From positions 31,830 through 95,829 of the IMG/VR virus record IMGVR_UViG_3300021197_001928: DNA of 64,000 bases; one strand, 5' to 3'. Both the position numbers and the translations under genes were made by a program. This document shows positions 1-10,311 of this stretch, one piece after another; within the stretch, counting starts at the first letter, position 1; each line of letters begins with the position of its first letter. This DNA is from a virus. The notes under the pieces were generated by a model, which was not told the origin of the DNA, searched no databases, and worked only from the letters and a program-made list of their open reading frames with translations.

Positions 1-2
1 AT

Positions 3-3000
3 TACACGCCAACGCCACATTGCCATTTCTTCTTCTGGGATAGTAACTAGCCCGACCAGAGAACTGGGTGTCCAATCTTCTGCTGGTAGATTTTGCTGCC
101 CGAACATTGGTGCTACTTGATCTAGTTTAGGATTCTGAACTGGTTTTATCTCGTCTTCGAATTTGATATCGTTTCCTGCTAGCACAACTTCGGCATCGAT
201 CTGAGCTAATTCAACTAAGGAAAAGAAGTCATACGGCCAGTTGTACGATATATCGACGTTGACACCTTCTGGTCTTAGTATACTGGCTGCTTGGAACGCT
301 TGTTGCACTGAATTATCCAACTCGCCGACAACTTTATTGTAATAATTGGTTTGCGCTCTCTGTTTGGCCTTAAATACCATCCATCTGATTTTCTCTGGTA
401 ATGGTTCTCCTTTTTCTATCTTGCCTTCTTTAATCACCTTTCCACCACCTAATAGTTCGTGGGCCAAAAGGGGATGCGACAACGACACCTCGGATTCTTC
501 AAATTCAGTTCCAATCGATGGAGGCAAGTTCTGCCAAATATCGGCTAGATCTTGTTGTGATAGCTTGTGTGTAAATTCGAAAATGTACATTGCAAACGGC
601 TCGACCTCTTTGACATTCACGAAATCGAGCGAAGGGGGTATAACAAATCTTTGCATCTTGTCTACCATATCCAAAATTGCACTACTCACTACACCCTCTG
701 CCACTGATCTGGCTTCGATGGCCATTCTAATTGAATTAGAATCTATTTTAAAAAATTTGCGCTGATTATTTTCTTCAATAAAGGGTATGGCAACAACTGC
801 CTCTCTGATTATTTTAGCTGAAGCAACGTGCCCTAAGCGCTTTGGCTCGTCTTTAAAACCACAAAGGTCTTTTAAGGAGAATTCAGTAATAGACCCGCTC
901 ACATGTTCTTGAAAACTTGATGGTATGTCTGTTACTTGCAAAAAGATCCCCTTTTCTGGTGAGTCTTCGATTCTACCATATTGGTGCCACATACCTCTTG
1001 GTACAGATCTAGCGCCTTTTGTTGGCTGGTATACAGTGTCTGATCCGGAATAGTGATTAAAGTTTAACATCGGAGTTTCAAACTTTGTTTGGATTACCCA
1101 TCTAGATTTTTCTCCGCTTGATACATCAACAGCAATGTTAACTTTCTCAGATGTTGAATCGTCTAAGAGATCAACCGACTTTAATTCTCCTTGTGTGAAA
1201 AGGTTAACAGAGGCTGACAGTTGCATCGCATCTCTATTGTAAAGCTCATTGATAATTTGTGATTCTAAATACGGAAACGAATCCGCTATGGCTGTTTTAC
1301 CACCAGAAGTTTTATCAACATATCTCCAGTACGTTACACTTGATTCTCTAATTATTTCTCCAATTGTGTATTTTTTTGTCTCGTCTGGTGTAAACTTAAT
1401 ATCAGCCCACCCTTGTCCATAGTAGTATGGCGGCGTGAATGGGTAGTTTTCACCATTACGAGAATCATTTCCATATCCGGGATGGCCGGGCCACACCGAA
1501 GAGGTAATAAAACTTGGGGGACCAAATGCTGTTGGTCTAGAATACATTGTGAAGTTTTCATGAATACCATTAGCATATTGTGGCACCATAAAAAAGTCAA
1601 CACCAGAGGACCCAGACCTTACAGGTTGGAGAGGGGTCTGGGCAGTTTTATACATCTTAACCCTCATTGAGTAAGTCGCATCCTTGACTGCGTTGCCAAC
1701 GTTTTCATGATCTGAGGGTAATGAATATATAGTAGAAAATTGTGATCCCTGTAGGAAGAAGTTTGGGACTTCCGCTAAAAAATTGTGTGCCATCATTTTG
1801 TATAAATTATCGCCAGAGCCATCCCAAAAAGCGCTGATTTTTGTATTTGATTCAGCGTGAGGCTCCTGACAGAAAAACTTTCTATTTGAAAGGAATCTTT
1901 CGGGCTCCACTAGGGCCTTAAACGGAATTCTTCTTGGAAACAGCACATCAGCATGACCAAAATGAGCAACGGCGCCCGAAGTAGGCTGCAATAGATAATT
2001 ATTAGAATTTAAGTAATTGATAAAATGGGAATCATTTGAACTCGTTACCACAGGATAATCACAAGCCACTCCAGATTTTATTGCATTAAACAGCACACCC
2101 GGAGCAAATAAAGGATTTAGGATGTTTTGTTTGGCATGTTCTACGTTACTTGCGAATGGGTTGAACGATCCACCGGCATTGTGGCCGGTAATTGATCCGC
2201 TATAAGAGGCGTAAAATTGTTCTGCTAGGTCTACAGTTCTTTGGCATGGATAAAATCCATTGTATGGTAAAAATTTCTTGATTGCTTTACATTTTAATGT
2301 AATCTTCATTGGATCCACAAATTCTTTATGGTCGTCTTTAATCAAATCGAAATGCTTCAAAAATTCACTAGTTGAGTAGATTTTATAAAAGTTGTCTTCA
2401 TCGCTGCCATTGGCGCTCGACAGACCACCAACCATCTCGAACATATTGGAAAACTTTTTTTCAACTCCTTCAGCAACTATTGTTGGGATGTGATTACTAA
2501 TTCTGAATTCGGGTATGATTGTATAACCTTTGCCTTTTTGTCTAACACCTTGGGCAAAGGCATCGTAAGAATCATAAAAAGGAGTTTTACCAGATTGCTC
2601 TGCTGCTTGCCACAAAGCCTCACCTGACGGTATGTCTTGTGTTTGGTGCAGGTTTGCCTTTGTGCCATAGGTTATGTCCTCAATTTGCATTCCGTTCGGG
2701 GATACACAAGATTCTGACGGAGTCAAAGTGTGTTTTCTTGCGTATATAGGGGCTGGCTTATAGATATCATTCAGGTCGCTTTTCGAAAAAGTACCGGGCA
2801 TATCACCACATTGATTATAATTATTTTGCAAAATTCCATGATGTTTACGATGATCATAGCCATAATGAGCAGTGAACCTGTTATCGGTGCCAGTTTCGCC
2901 TTGAGTCTTGTCGTAATCAAGTGGCCATATACTATCTTTGACCGTGTTTCCAAAGCCATTATCTGCACTGTCACGTTTCCTGTCCGGATAATTATGTCTC

Positions 3001-3884
3001 CAATTGAAAGAGAAGGTTGTTCTTTGCCTTGTGTAGCTTTTATTAGTATACACTTGGGTAGGATAAATAGTCTCCGCATACTCAACCATACTGAATGAGT
3101 TGATTGGAGAATTAGAATCCTCTAGGGCGCCTTTCAAATACATCTTTGTGATTTGTTTGTATTCTGGGTTTGCACAATTGTCAAAGTTGTAATATTTGTC
3201 CAAATCTATGTTATTAAAGTGACAAACACTGTTACCCATTGATGTTCTGATTTCTAGTTCCATCTTGCCATCTGCGGATGCCAGAACTTTTAAAGGCTTA
3301 TAGCGAGATATGACGGGTGCCTCAATAAACAGTTTGAGATCTCCGTACCTTTGATTTATTTGTGATCCTTCGATCTGGATTGATGGCCCGGGCTCTTCGA
3401 CATGTGTGAAAATGTTGTGCTTCACTTGTTTTCTTATGAGAGGACTTTGTCCTACTCTTATTTGTTTCCATGTTGGGTGGCCATAGGGACCATTACGATG
3501 TAACATAAGGGCCGGGAAAAAAGAAGCCGTGGCTCTATGTTCAAAACCAGCAGCCGGAGTAACACCGGTTCTAGGGTCGGGAAGCCAATGAGGAAAAATA
3601 ACGTTTTTATAATTCTGTAGTCCTGCGTGGAATGTTCCTATTGTTGGCTGATCGGGGCACAGTTTAGAGTTTACTATCGCAGCAATAGAACCACCGGCGC
3701 CAGTATAAGAGGTATCATTCCAGCCAATATTGTTTATTCCGGGTTCTAAAGGGTATCCAGTTCCCGCTTCCGAGTGTTTTTCAACTAAAACTCCGGTGCC
3801 ATTGTCCAGTCTACAAAATTCGTACCCAACAGGTTCATAAATAAAAGTGTTCAATCCAACAAAGTCTAAATAATAATTCGCCAT
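3..3884 (-). CDS. Giant virion structural protein, partial (at least 1294 aa, runs off the left edge)
   Basis: Not in the ORF track, consistent with having no stop in the window. ATG at 3884 lies 1 nt past the TAG of the upstream gene and reads MANYYLDFVGLNTFIYEPVGYEF. The same frame is still coding at ~180-255 (DISYNWPYDFFSLVELAQIDAEVV). I checked both ends by hand, not every codon. Located in the baseplate operon. Confidence 0.8.
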   Translation of the reverse strand, partial: MANYYLDFVGLNTFIYEPVGYEFCRLDNGTGVLVEKHSEAGTGYPLEPGINNIGWNDTSYTGAGGSIAAIVNSKLCPDQPTIGTFHAGLQNYKNVIFPHWLPDPRTGVTPAAGFEHRATASFFPALMLHRNGPYGHPTWKQIRVGQSPLIRKQVKHNIFTHVEEPGPSIQIEGSQINQRYGDLKLFIEAPVISRYKPLKVLASADGKMELEIRTSMGNSVCHFNNIDLDKYYNFDNCANPEYKQITKMYLKGALEDSNSPINSFSMVEYAETIYPTQVYTNKSYTRQRTTFSFNWRHNYPDRKRDSADNGFGNTVKDSIWPLDYDKTQGETGTDNRFTAHYGYDHRKHHGILQNNYNQCGDMPGTFSKSDLNDIYKPAPIYARKHTLTPSESCVSPNGMQIEDITYGTKANLHQTQDIPSGEALWQAAEQSGKTPFYDSYDAFAQGVRQKGKGYTIIPEFRISNHIPTIVAEGVEKKFSNMFEMVGGLSSANGSDEDNFYKIYSTSEFLKHFDLIKDDHKEFVDPMKITLKCKAIKKFLPYNGFYPCQRTVDLAEQFYASYSGSITGHNAGGSFNPFASNVEHAKQNILNPLFAPGVLFNAIKSGVACDYPVVTSSNDSHFINYLNSNNYLLQPTSGAVAHFGHADVLFPRRIPFKALVEPERFLSNRKFFCQEPHAESNTKISAFWDGSGDNLYKMMAHNFLAEVPNFFLQGSQFSTIYSLPSDHENVGNAVKDATYSMRVKMYKTAQTPLQPVRSGSSGVDFFMVPQYANGIHENFTMYSRPTAFGPPSFITSSVWPGHPGYGNDSRNGENYPFTPPYYYGQGWADIKFTPDETKKYTIGEIIRESSVTYWRYVDKTSGGKTAIADSFPYLESQIINELYNRDAMQLSASVNLFTQGELKSVDLLDDSTSEKVNIAVDVSSGEKSRWVIQTKFETPMLNFNHYSGSDTVYQPTKGARSVPRGMWHQYGRIEDSPEKGIFLQVTDIPSSFQEHVSGSITEFSLKDLCGFKDEPKRLGHVASAKIIREAVVAIPFIEENNQRKFFKIDSNSIRMAIEARSVAEGVVSSAILDMVDKMQRFVIPPSLDFVNVKEVEPFAMYIFEFTHKLSQQDLADIWQNLPPSIGTEFEESEVSLSHPLLAHELLGGGKVIKEGKIEKGEPLPEKIRWMVFKAKQRAQTNYYNKVVGELDNSVQQAFQAASILRPEGVNVDISYNWPYDFFSLVELAQIDAEVVLAGNDIKFEDEIKPVQNPKLDQVAPMFGQQNLPAEDWTPSSLVGLVTIPEEEMAMWRWRV

Positions 3885-3885
3885 T

Positions 3886-6800
3886 CTATACTCCAAAAAT
3901 CTCTGATGCGGTTGGAAAGTTTATCGCTGCAACATGGCCACTTTCACCACCTATATCTACCGAAGAACTCAACATGCCATCTGCGTCTGCGTATCCATAA
4001 ATTCTTTGCTTTCCGCTCTTATATGAATAATTACTTCCCAACGAAGAAGTTACCCAAGAATATTGAAAGTCAGAGCGTGGCAACAAGGAACTCATGTGTG
4101 CGTTGTTATGATCTTCGTTGAACACAGGAGCAGGTATTGTTGATGTGTCAGTTGGTTTTCTTCCAACATTACGGTGCATCTTGTTTGTTGACGCTTCCGC
4201 TTCGTATCCGGATGATATAACCACACCAAACTGTGAGTCAACTCCAAATTTGCCACTATGTCTAGATAATAAAGTTCTTTGGCCCTCTCTTCGCCCTGCG
4301 TCGCTATTGAGACGAATTGTTGAGCTTTCTCCCGATCCAGAACTTCTGACCGTTAAGTTACGATAGTTCAGAGAGTTGTAGACCGAGTATTCTCTTGAAT
4401 ACACATCTAAATAGGCTGGGGATGTTTCAATCCCGCCGGGAGCAGAAAATCGAGAAGAAATAATTGTTCTTGTTGCTGAGGATGTCACATTGGCATTCAC
4501 GACATCGTGTGCTCTTCTTACATCGCCGGGATCATCATCAATGCCACCGCTCACATCATCACTATTCAATACAAAAGAACATTTGCTTGAAACAAAATTA
4601 ATATTATAAGCAGACCCATTTTGGCTAGCCGTTATCGCAAACTCTGCTTGGCTTGCTGTCAAGGGAATACTGCTGGTCACAAAAGTAAATCTAGAGGCAT
4701 CGTCCTCGTGAACATTTAGTGAATTTACAGCACCGTCGCCGGCTATATTGGTTATTCTATTTCCGTAGTTGGCTCCATCACCGCCGAAGTCTCCAAAAGT
4801 ATAAAAGAACCCTAGTGCACTAGGATCTAACAAGAACGAGTCATTTTTAGATGTTGGCGCAATGCCACAATTGTATATTGATTCAACTTGAGATGTTGTT
4901 GCCGCAGCATTCCACCATAGAAATTCACTGATGGCTCCTCTAAAGTATCTGTTTGACGTTAATGTTTCATTCAACACAAATGCCCCTTCTGGGTCCACTA
5001 GTGTAAAAGCCTCAGAAGTTGGAGATATCGGAAAACTACCTACGGTATTCCACGATGTCGCTACCCCATTAATAAACAAATTCACAGTACCAGCGGCTGA
5101 GGATGAGTTATATGTTAATATAATATTTGTCCATTTGTTATGATAAGTTGCCGGAAAACCATTATATTCCCACTTTCGTGCTCTAGATGTACCAGAGCCC
5201 CCTTTAAATTTCATTTCAAATATTAACCTATCTGTTCCTGATATGTAAAGCTGATGGGTGCAATCTGTTGGGCTTGATGAGATTGACTGTGATGAAGTAA
5301 GATTAAAAATAGTATATTGTTGTCCGACCGAAGCAGTAGTTGGTTTTATGCTAACATATGCCGTGAAGTCATCTGCGTTGACGCTTTGCAAGGAACCACT
5401 TAACACTCTTTGCCCAGCGGCGGGGTGATTTGCTTGAAGACCCATGCTGTATGTTGCAGATGAGGTTGCGTAAGTGATTGAATATTGCGATGGAAAAGCG
5501 GATAAGAAAGAGGCAGTAAATTCATTGAACAACCCGGTATCAGTTGATCCTGTAAAGTAGAATTTGGAAGAGGTATCTGAGGAGTTGCCAACAATTAATT
5601 CTCTGTTGGTACTACCAGTTGCTTGCAATACGTGTCCTGAAATGATGTTTTCAAAACCAATTATTTTTAAGCTACCGCTAGCACGTACTCCCGGTGCGGG
5701 CTCTTTAACTGTTAAGTTGCCATCCGGCTGTCTGTTGTTGTAGTGCGTCCCAAAAACGTTACCAGAGACAAACGGCGCCTGACCGAATAATGACATCGGG
5801 TGTGTAGTCTCCGGCAGTATAGCGGCAATTGGAGACGGAAGGTAATTTGATTGTTCAGGGTTTTTTCTAAAATGAAGGTTATTCTGCTGTTTACCGCCGG
5901 CAGTAATTACTTCGTAATTTTCTTTGAAGTTACCAAGATTTTTACTCCCTGTTGTATACTGAATATTTTTTATGTTAACGGGGCGTTTAGCTCGCTCTTC
6001 ACGATAGAAAACAGCAGCCTTACGTGCAGGATCAGGGTATGGACCACCATAATCGGGACCAACAATGCCTAGAGCGCCATCCAAAGGAGTGTATTTGTCT
6101 CCCAGTTTCAACATCCAACCTTCTGCTCTGGTGTATTTGTTATCTAAATTATTAAGAGGGGCTGTTCCTGTATCGTCATCAACCAGAGTCGTGTCATACC
6201 TGTTGATTGGGGCATGTCGATGTTGATGCCCGCCAACCCAAGTTTCAGCAAAAGGGCCCTGCATCGGTATATGGTTTGTAGGTGACGTTGTATCGGAATG
6301 TATATTTGTAATAACAGAAGCAGAATCAAATTGATTCACAACATCCGTGTTGTATCCGCTATTAAGCGATTGTGACATTATTGTAACTGGTAGGCCAAGC
6401 TCGGTCACCCTATAGGAATATGTACTATCGGTGTTTTTAGGGCCGGGTACTTCGCCTTCATCCGAATATCTTCCCGCAAACACATCTAACCTGACTCTTT
6501 TCTTGAGGTTTGGGTCTATTGTATCGGTCACTTGTTGCGAGTTAATACCATTGCCGGTTCCCGGACCAGCAACTACAACGTTCAGTGGTTGGCCGTAGTT
6601 ACCTTTTGGGCCGTGTCTCTGGACTAGGTGGTAAATGTTATCTCGGTCCTTTTTAGGCGGATAATTAATACCGCCACGCAGGGGAGGCTCAAGTTCTTGA
6701 GAAATCCTATAAGGTCTGGATAGTCGACGCAAAGCAAAGGTAGATCCCTGATACGTTGTCAAGTCTGATTTAGCAAGATCTATATGGCTACCCGTGTTTT

Positions 6801-9800
6801 CTGTTATTATGACCTTTCTTAATTCTTCTCTTTCAGTTATATCAGATCTTTCTTTCCGTAACTTTTGCCAAACTTGATTGTTATTTGCATCCCCGTCAAC
6901 AGGGGCATGTCCGAATTTCCAATTATATCGTATTTCTGAACTACCTTTAATTGGAGATTCAGTGGCTGTGAATGTTTTCAATGTTGGAAATTTATTTTTA
7001 TATTTACTTCTCTCAAAGATGTGACTCTCGACAACATCGTATATCTGACCTGAGTGTCTTGCTGAGATTGGAAATAGTTGTGATGTCATACTGGAGACGG
7101 AAGAGTCAATCCATTTGTAATATCTTGTGAATTTATCGAAATCAGGGTCTTCTTCTACTTTTTCATAAAACAATCTCCTAAGTAAGTCTAAATTTTTATA
7201 ACCTTCTCTATATCTGTATACTGCCTTACCGATTAAATCGTTAAATTCTACAATTGAAGAAATCATCTTTAACATTTCATCAGATACAATTTGTGACATA
7301 CTCTTCTCTAAGGAATAGAAATTGTCACTTATATCTTCGTCTTTAACAAAATTACGAGTCTCTTCATTTTCAATTTTGACTTTATCTGCATTGAAGCTTA
7401 TTTCTGGTTGTTGTTTCTTGTTTGAATAGATGACCTCGTTTCTTAGAACCGCAGTGCTTGAGACGGGGAAGCCAAAACCCTCTCCTCTGTTTTCAACCAT
7501 TGATACATTATCAATCCATCCATATCTAGTTGAAACAGAACCGCTTGAAATATCATCAACAATAAATTCCCCGCTAGCATCTGATGTGGTGACTGTTTCA
7601 AAATCCCAATTTATTGCCACTAGGTCTGCGGCTGGTATGGATTTATTGCCCATGTCAACATTAAACATGGTTGAGGACTTATGTATGCTGTCCATTCCAA
7701 AACTAGTTGGGTCCATGTTGTGTTTTCTAATTGTAGAGTCTGATAGGTAATCTATATAATATTTAAAACCTCCCACCTTGATATCACTTTGAGCTACGAC
7801 AGTGCCGGTAAAGTTTGTTCTATGTGCTCCAACATAAAATCTTTTTGATTTTGTCAAGAATGCAGAACCACTAGCGTTATCGAGACTAGCCGACAGAGAA
7901 AACTCACTCTGTACGGTTCCAAATGCGTGATTTACACCATAAAACTCTATTTTGTAAGTCGGGCTTACTGTTTGAACGACATTCCCTTGGAAAGGATATT
8001 TTTCTGGTTTTACTCTTACTGCAAAATTCCAAGACTGATTTGAGTACACTTCTGGGTAGTAGCTCGACGTTAGAATTGTTCTTCCATCATACGTCTCCAA
8101 AATAAATTTGGCCCTACTTGAATCTAACTTATCTCTTTCGGCTGATACTTGAAAATTAGCTACATCAGTTGCCTCCCAAGTATAATCTCCGGGGACTGCG
8201 GATGCCTCATGCATACCAAAAATAGATGACTTCTTAAATGGAATTTTAAAGCTATTTTTTTCAAATACACTAAGACTTTGTGGAAAAATTGTTGCCACTT
8301 CGGCTGTGAATGCAGAATTTATTTCTTTTTGAGATGCATCCGACCCTGTTATGAATGTCAGTGAATTATTAACAGACGCAGTTTGATATATTGTCGCATT
8401 AAACCGATTAACATCAAAAAAGTTAACATATTTTTTCATCAAAGAAGTTTGTCTGTATTTGTCAGAAAAATAATGCATTCCACCATCAGTGTATACATTC
8501 ATTTTTATTAGCTCATCATCAATACCAAAGCACCTCAAGGTGTTCCTGATTGACTTTTCATTTCCTTTAGATTTAAATATCGAAGCTAGATTATTATAAA
8601 GATTGGTATATATGAGATTTTTTACCTCTGCTATATCTTTCTCAAAATGAACTTTCTGGTTGTCTATGCCTTCGATCTTTTCCAAAAGATCTGAATTTAG
8701 CAGTATATCATTAGTAATAAACCCTTTGTTTTCTAGCAGTTTCTTTGCAAACGGAATAGCTTTTCCCTGCTTAAGTGGGTACACTGTGTCTCTCAAAGAA
8801 GTTAGAGAAGTTGTCTGGGTATATAGCGTATCAAAGTAGCTTGACATAATTTGATATATGTATCTTAAATTGCTACCTCCTTCGTCCATATCCTCATCCT
8901 TGATCCATTCCGGCACAGTTTTAAAATATAGATTTGTTGTATTTTTTGTGTCCCAACTCGAACCGCTTGTTTTTAGCTCTGCTAGCAAGGACACAACTTC
9001 TGGATGGTTACTTCTAATAATTGGATCTGCTGCTTCCACTATCGTATGTGATGAAGAATGAAAGGCGGACCCTGTGTTTCTAGATCCTGCTTGGTATCCA
9101 TACCAAGTTCCGTTTGCAATCCTTCCTGAATAGTCAAGAACAACCGAATCATATGAAGCATCTCCGATTATACCCTCGTTAAATTTAAAATAAAGGCCCA
9201 AATTAACATTAGCATCATCGGTGTTTGTACCTCCGCCCACATTACGATGCCAGTTATTATAAATTTGTTTGTCTGTTCTCCGTGTATTCCAGAATCTGAA
9301 TTCATCCAAACTAGCACTTAGCTTGCCGGCATATTGTGCAGCAGAGGATGCGGAAGGAGAAGTCTGTAATGCTCCCAGATAACCATTAAATAATCCAGTG
9401 ATTGACCCAAGGCCTTTAGAGCCCAGAATTTTTTGATTATCAAGGGCACCATCGACATATAACCTAGACGTTACACCAGATGCCCCAGAAACGAACGATA
9501 AGGCATAATGCTTCCAGTTTCCGAGCGAAGAGGTGGTAACAGTGGTCGAACCAATAGCCTCGTTAAAAAAGCCATCTGTGCCCGATTGCAGAGAAAGCCT
9601 AAATGTGTCAGCGCCAGACTGGGCAACGCCCGTTCCTGATAGTTCTATTGTAAATCGTCCGTAATTTGCTGATGAGGTAGCTTCTCCGTTCCACAAATCA
9701 AGAACTACTTCTTTTTCTGTTTTCGAGATATCGAATGCGTCCTTCTTCAGCCAGAATTCAACTGTGATTCCTTTATCGAGGTTTACTTTAAAGGTTGTTG

Positions 9801-10311
9801 TGCGATTTTTATCTGAGTCGTACACCACCGAATCTGCGAATGTTTTCCATAAAGGTTTGTTTTTCATACCAGCCGAAGCAGTGTGCATACCACCACGTGC
9901 ATATAAATACTCAACTGATGAAGGTAAACCATACCCATCGGCTGTTTTTGAACCGTTGAGGGCGCCCCAACTGCCGTATGAAAAATTTGCATAACCAGTT
10001 GATTTGGGGTATTTGTTATTGAATATCCATCGATCCAAAAATGAAGATGATAATTCAAACAACAATTTTTCATTACGAGAGCCATCATACGGATAATCAT
10101 TGTATACTCTCTTAATTGAAGTTTCGTAGTATAACTCAGCGGAACCAAATTTGGCGAAATTAGAAGCAGATGAAAAATCAATATTTGGGATATATTGATC
10201 ATCCTTCTTGACTGTTGATAATATTAAGTCTTTTGATTCTACTTTTGCACTACCAGTGGCAGCATTCTCAAAACTGCTTATTTTGTTTTTAAATAAATTT
10301 TTAATACTCAT
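3886..10311 (-). CDS. Large baseplate/tail protein with LamG (concanavalin-A-like) domains, gp7/gpI-like wedge region
   Basis: 2141 aa. LamG-type strands WKHYALSF...LDEFRFWN and WTNIILTY...FRGAISEFLWWN. FKSKGNEKSIRNTLRCFGI resembles the KG motif of gpI/gp7-like wedge proteins. Lies downstream of the gp6-like gene. Confidence 0.7.
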   Translation of the reverse strand: MSIKNLFKNKISSFENAATGSAKVESKDLILSTVKKDDQYIPNIDFSSASNFAKFGSAELYYETSIKRVYNDYPYDGSRNEKLLFELSSSFLDRWIFNNKYPKSTGYANFSYGSWGALNGSKTADGYGLPSSVEYLYARGGMHTASAGMKNKPLWKTFADSVVYDSDKNRTTTFKVNLDKGITVEFWLKKDAFDISKTEKEVVLDLWNGEATSSANYGRFTIELSGTGVAQSGADTFRLSLQSGTDGFFNEAIGSTTVTTSSLGNWKHYALSFVSGASGVTSRLYVDGALDNQKILGSKGLGSITGLFNGYLGALQTSPSASSAAQYAGKLSASLDEFRFWNTRRTDKQIYNNWHRNVGGGTNTDDANVNLGLYFKFNEGIIGDASYDSVVLDYSGRIANGTWYGYQAGSRNTGSAFHSSSHTIVEAADPIIRSNHPEVVSLLAELKTSGSSWDTKNTTNLYFKTVPEWIKDEDMDEGGSNLRYIYQIMSSYFDTLYTQTTSLTSLRDTVYPLKQGKAIPFAKKLLENKGFITNDILLNSDLLEKIEGIDNQKVHFEKDIAEVKNLIYTNLYNNLASIFKSKGNEKSIRNTLRCFGIDDELIKMNVYTDGGMHYFSDKYRQTSLMKKYVNFFDVNRFNATIYQTASVNNSLTFITGSDASQKEINSAFTAEVATIFPQSLSVFEKNSFKIPFKKSSIFGMHEASAVPGDYTWEATDVANFQVSAERDKLDSSRAKFILETYDGRTILTSSYYPEVYSNQSWNFAVRVKPEKYPFQGNVVQTVSPTYKIEFYGVNHAFGTVQSEFSLSASLDNASGSAFLTKSKRFYVGAHRTNFTGTVVAQSDIKVGGFKYYIDYLSDSTIRKHNMDPTSFGMDSIHKSSTMFNVDMGNKSIPAADLVAINWDFETVTTSDASGEFIVDDISSGSVSTRYGWIDNVSMVENRGEGFGFPVSSTAVLRNEVIYSNKKQQPEISFNADKVKIENEETRNFVKDEDISDNFYSLEKSMSQIVSDEMLKMISSIVEFNDLIGKAVYRYREGYKNLDLLRRLFYEKVEEDPDFDKFTRYYKWIDSSVSSMTSQLFPISARHSGQIYDVVESHIFERSKYKNKFPTLKTFTATESPIKGSSEIRYNWKFGHAPVDGDANNNQVWQKLRKERSDITEREELRKVIITENTGSHIDLAKSDLTTYQGSTFALRRLSRPYRISQELEPPLRGGINYPPKKDRDNIYHLVQRHGPKGNYGQPLNVVVAGPGTGNGINSQQVTDTIDPNLKKRVRLDVFAGRYSDEGEVPGPKNTDSTYSYRVTELGLPVTIMSQSLNSGYNTDVVNQFDSASVITNIHSDTTSPTNHIPMQGPFAETWVGGHQHRHAPINRYDTTLVDDDTGTAPLNNLDNKYTRAEGWMLKLGDKYTPLDGALGIVGPDYGGPYPDPARKAAVFYREERAKRPVNIKNIQYTTGSKNLGNFKENYEVITAGGKQQNNLHFRKNPEQSNYLPSPIAAILPETTHPMSLFGQAPFVSGNVFGTHYNNRQPDGNLTVKEPAPGVRASGSLKIIGFENIISGHVLQATGSTNRELIVGNSSDTSSKFYFTGSTDTGLFNEFTASFLSAFPSQYSITYATSSATYSMGLQANHPAAGQRVLSGSLQSVNADDFTAYVSIKPTTASVGQQYTIFNLTSSQSISSSPTDCTHQLYISGTDRLIFEMKFKGGSGTSRARKWEYNGFPATYHNKWTNIILTYNSSSAAGTVNLFINGVATSWNTVGSFPISPTSEAFTLVDPEGAFVLNETLTSNRYFRGAISEFLWWNAAATTSQVESIYNCGIAPTSKNDSFLLDPSALGFFYTFGDFGGDGANYGNRITNIAGDGAVNSLNVHEDDASRFTFVTSSIPLTASQAEFAITASQNGSAYNINFVSSKCSFVLNSDDVSGGIDDDPGDVRRAHDVVNANVTSSATRTIISSRFSAPGGIETSPAYLDVYSREYSVYNSLNYRNLTVRSSGSGESSTIRLNSDAGRREGQRTLLSRHSGKFGVDSQFGVVISSGYEAEASTNKMHRNVGRKPTDTSTIPAPVFNEDHNNAHMSSLLPRSDFQYSWVTSSLGSNYSYKSGKQRIYGYADADGMLSSSVDIGGESGHVAAINFPTASEIFGV

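Noticed and set aside
3882-3888. TAG read-through or stop-codon recoding joining the two giant genes
   Set aside because: The downstream ATG is in a different frame. TAG, TGA and TAA all end genes cleanly at coupled junctions, and coding density is high under the standard code.
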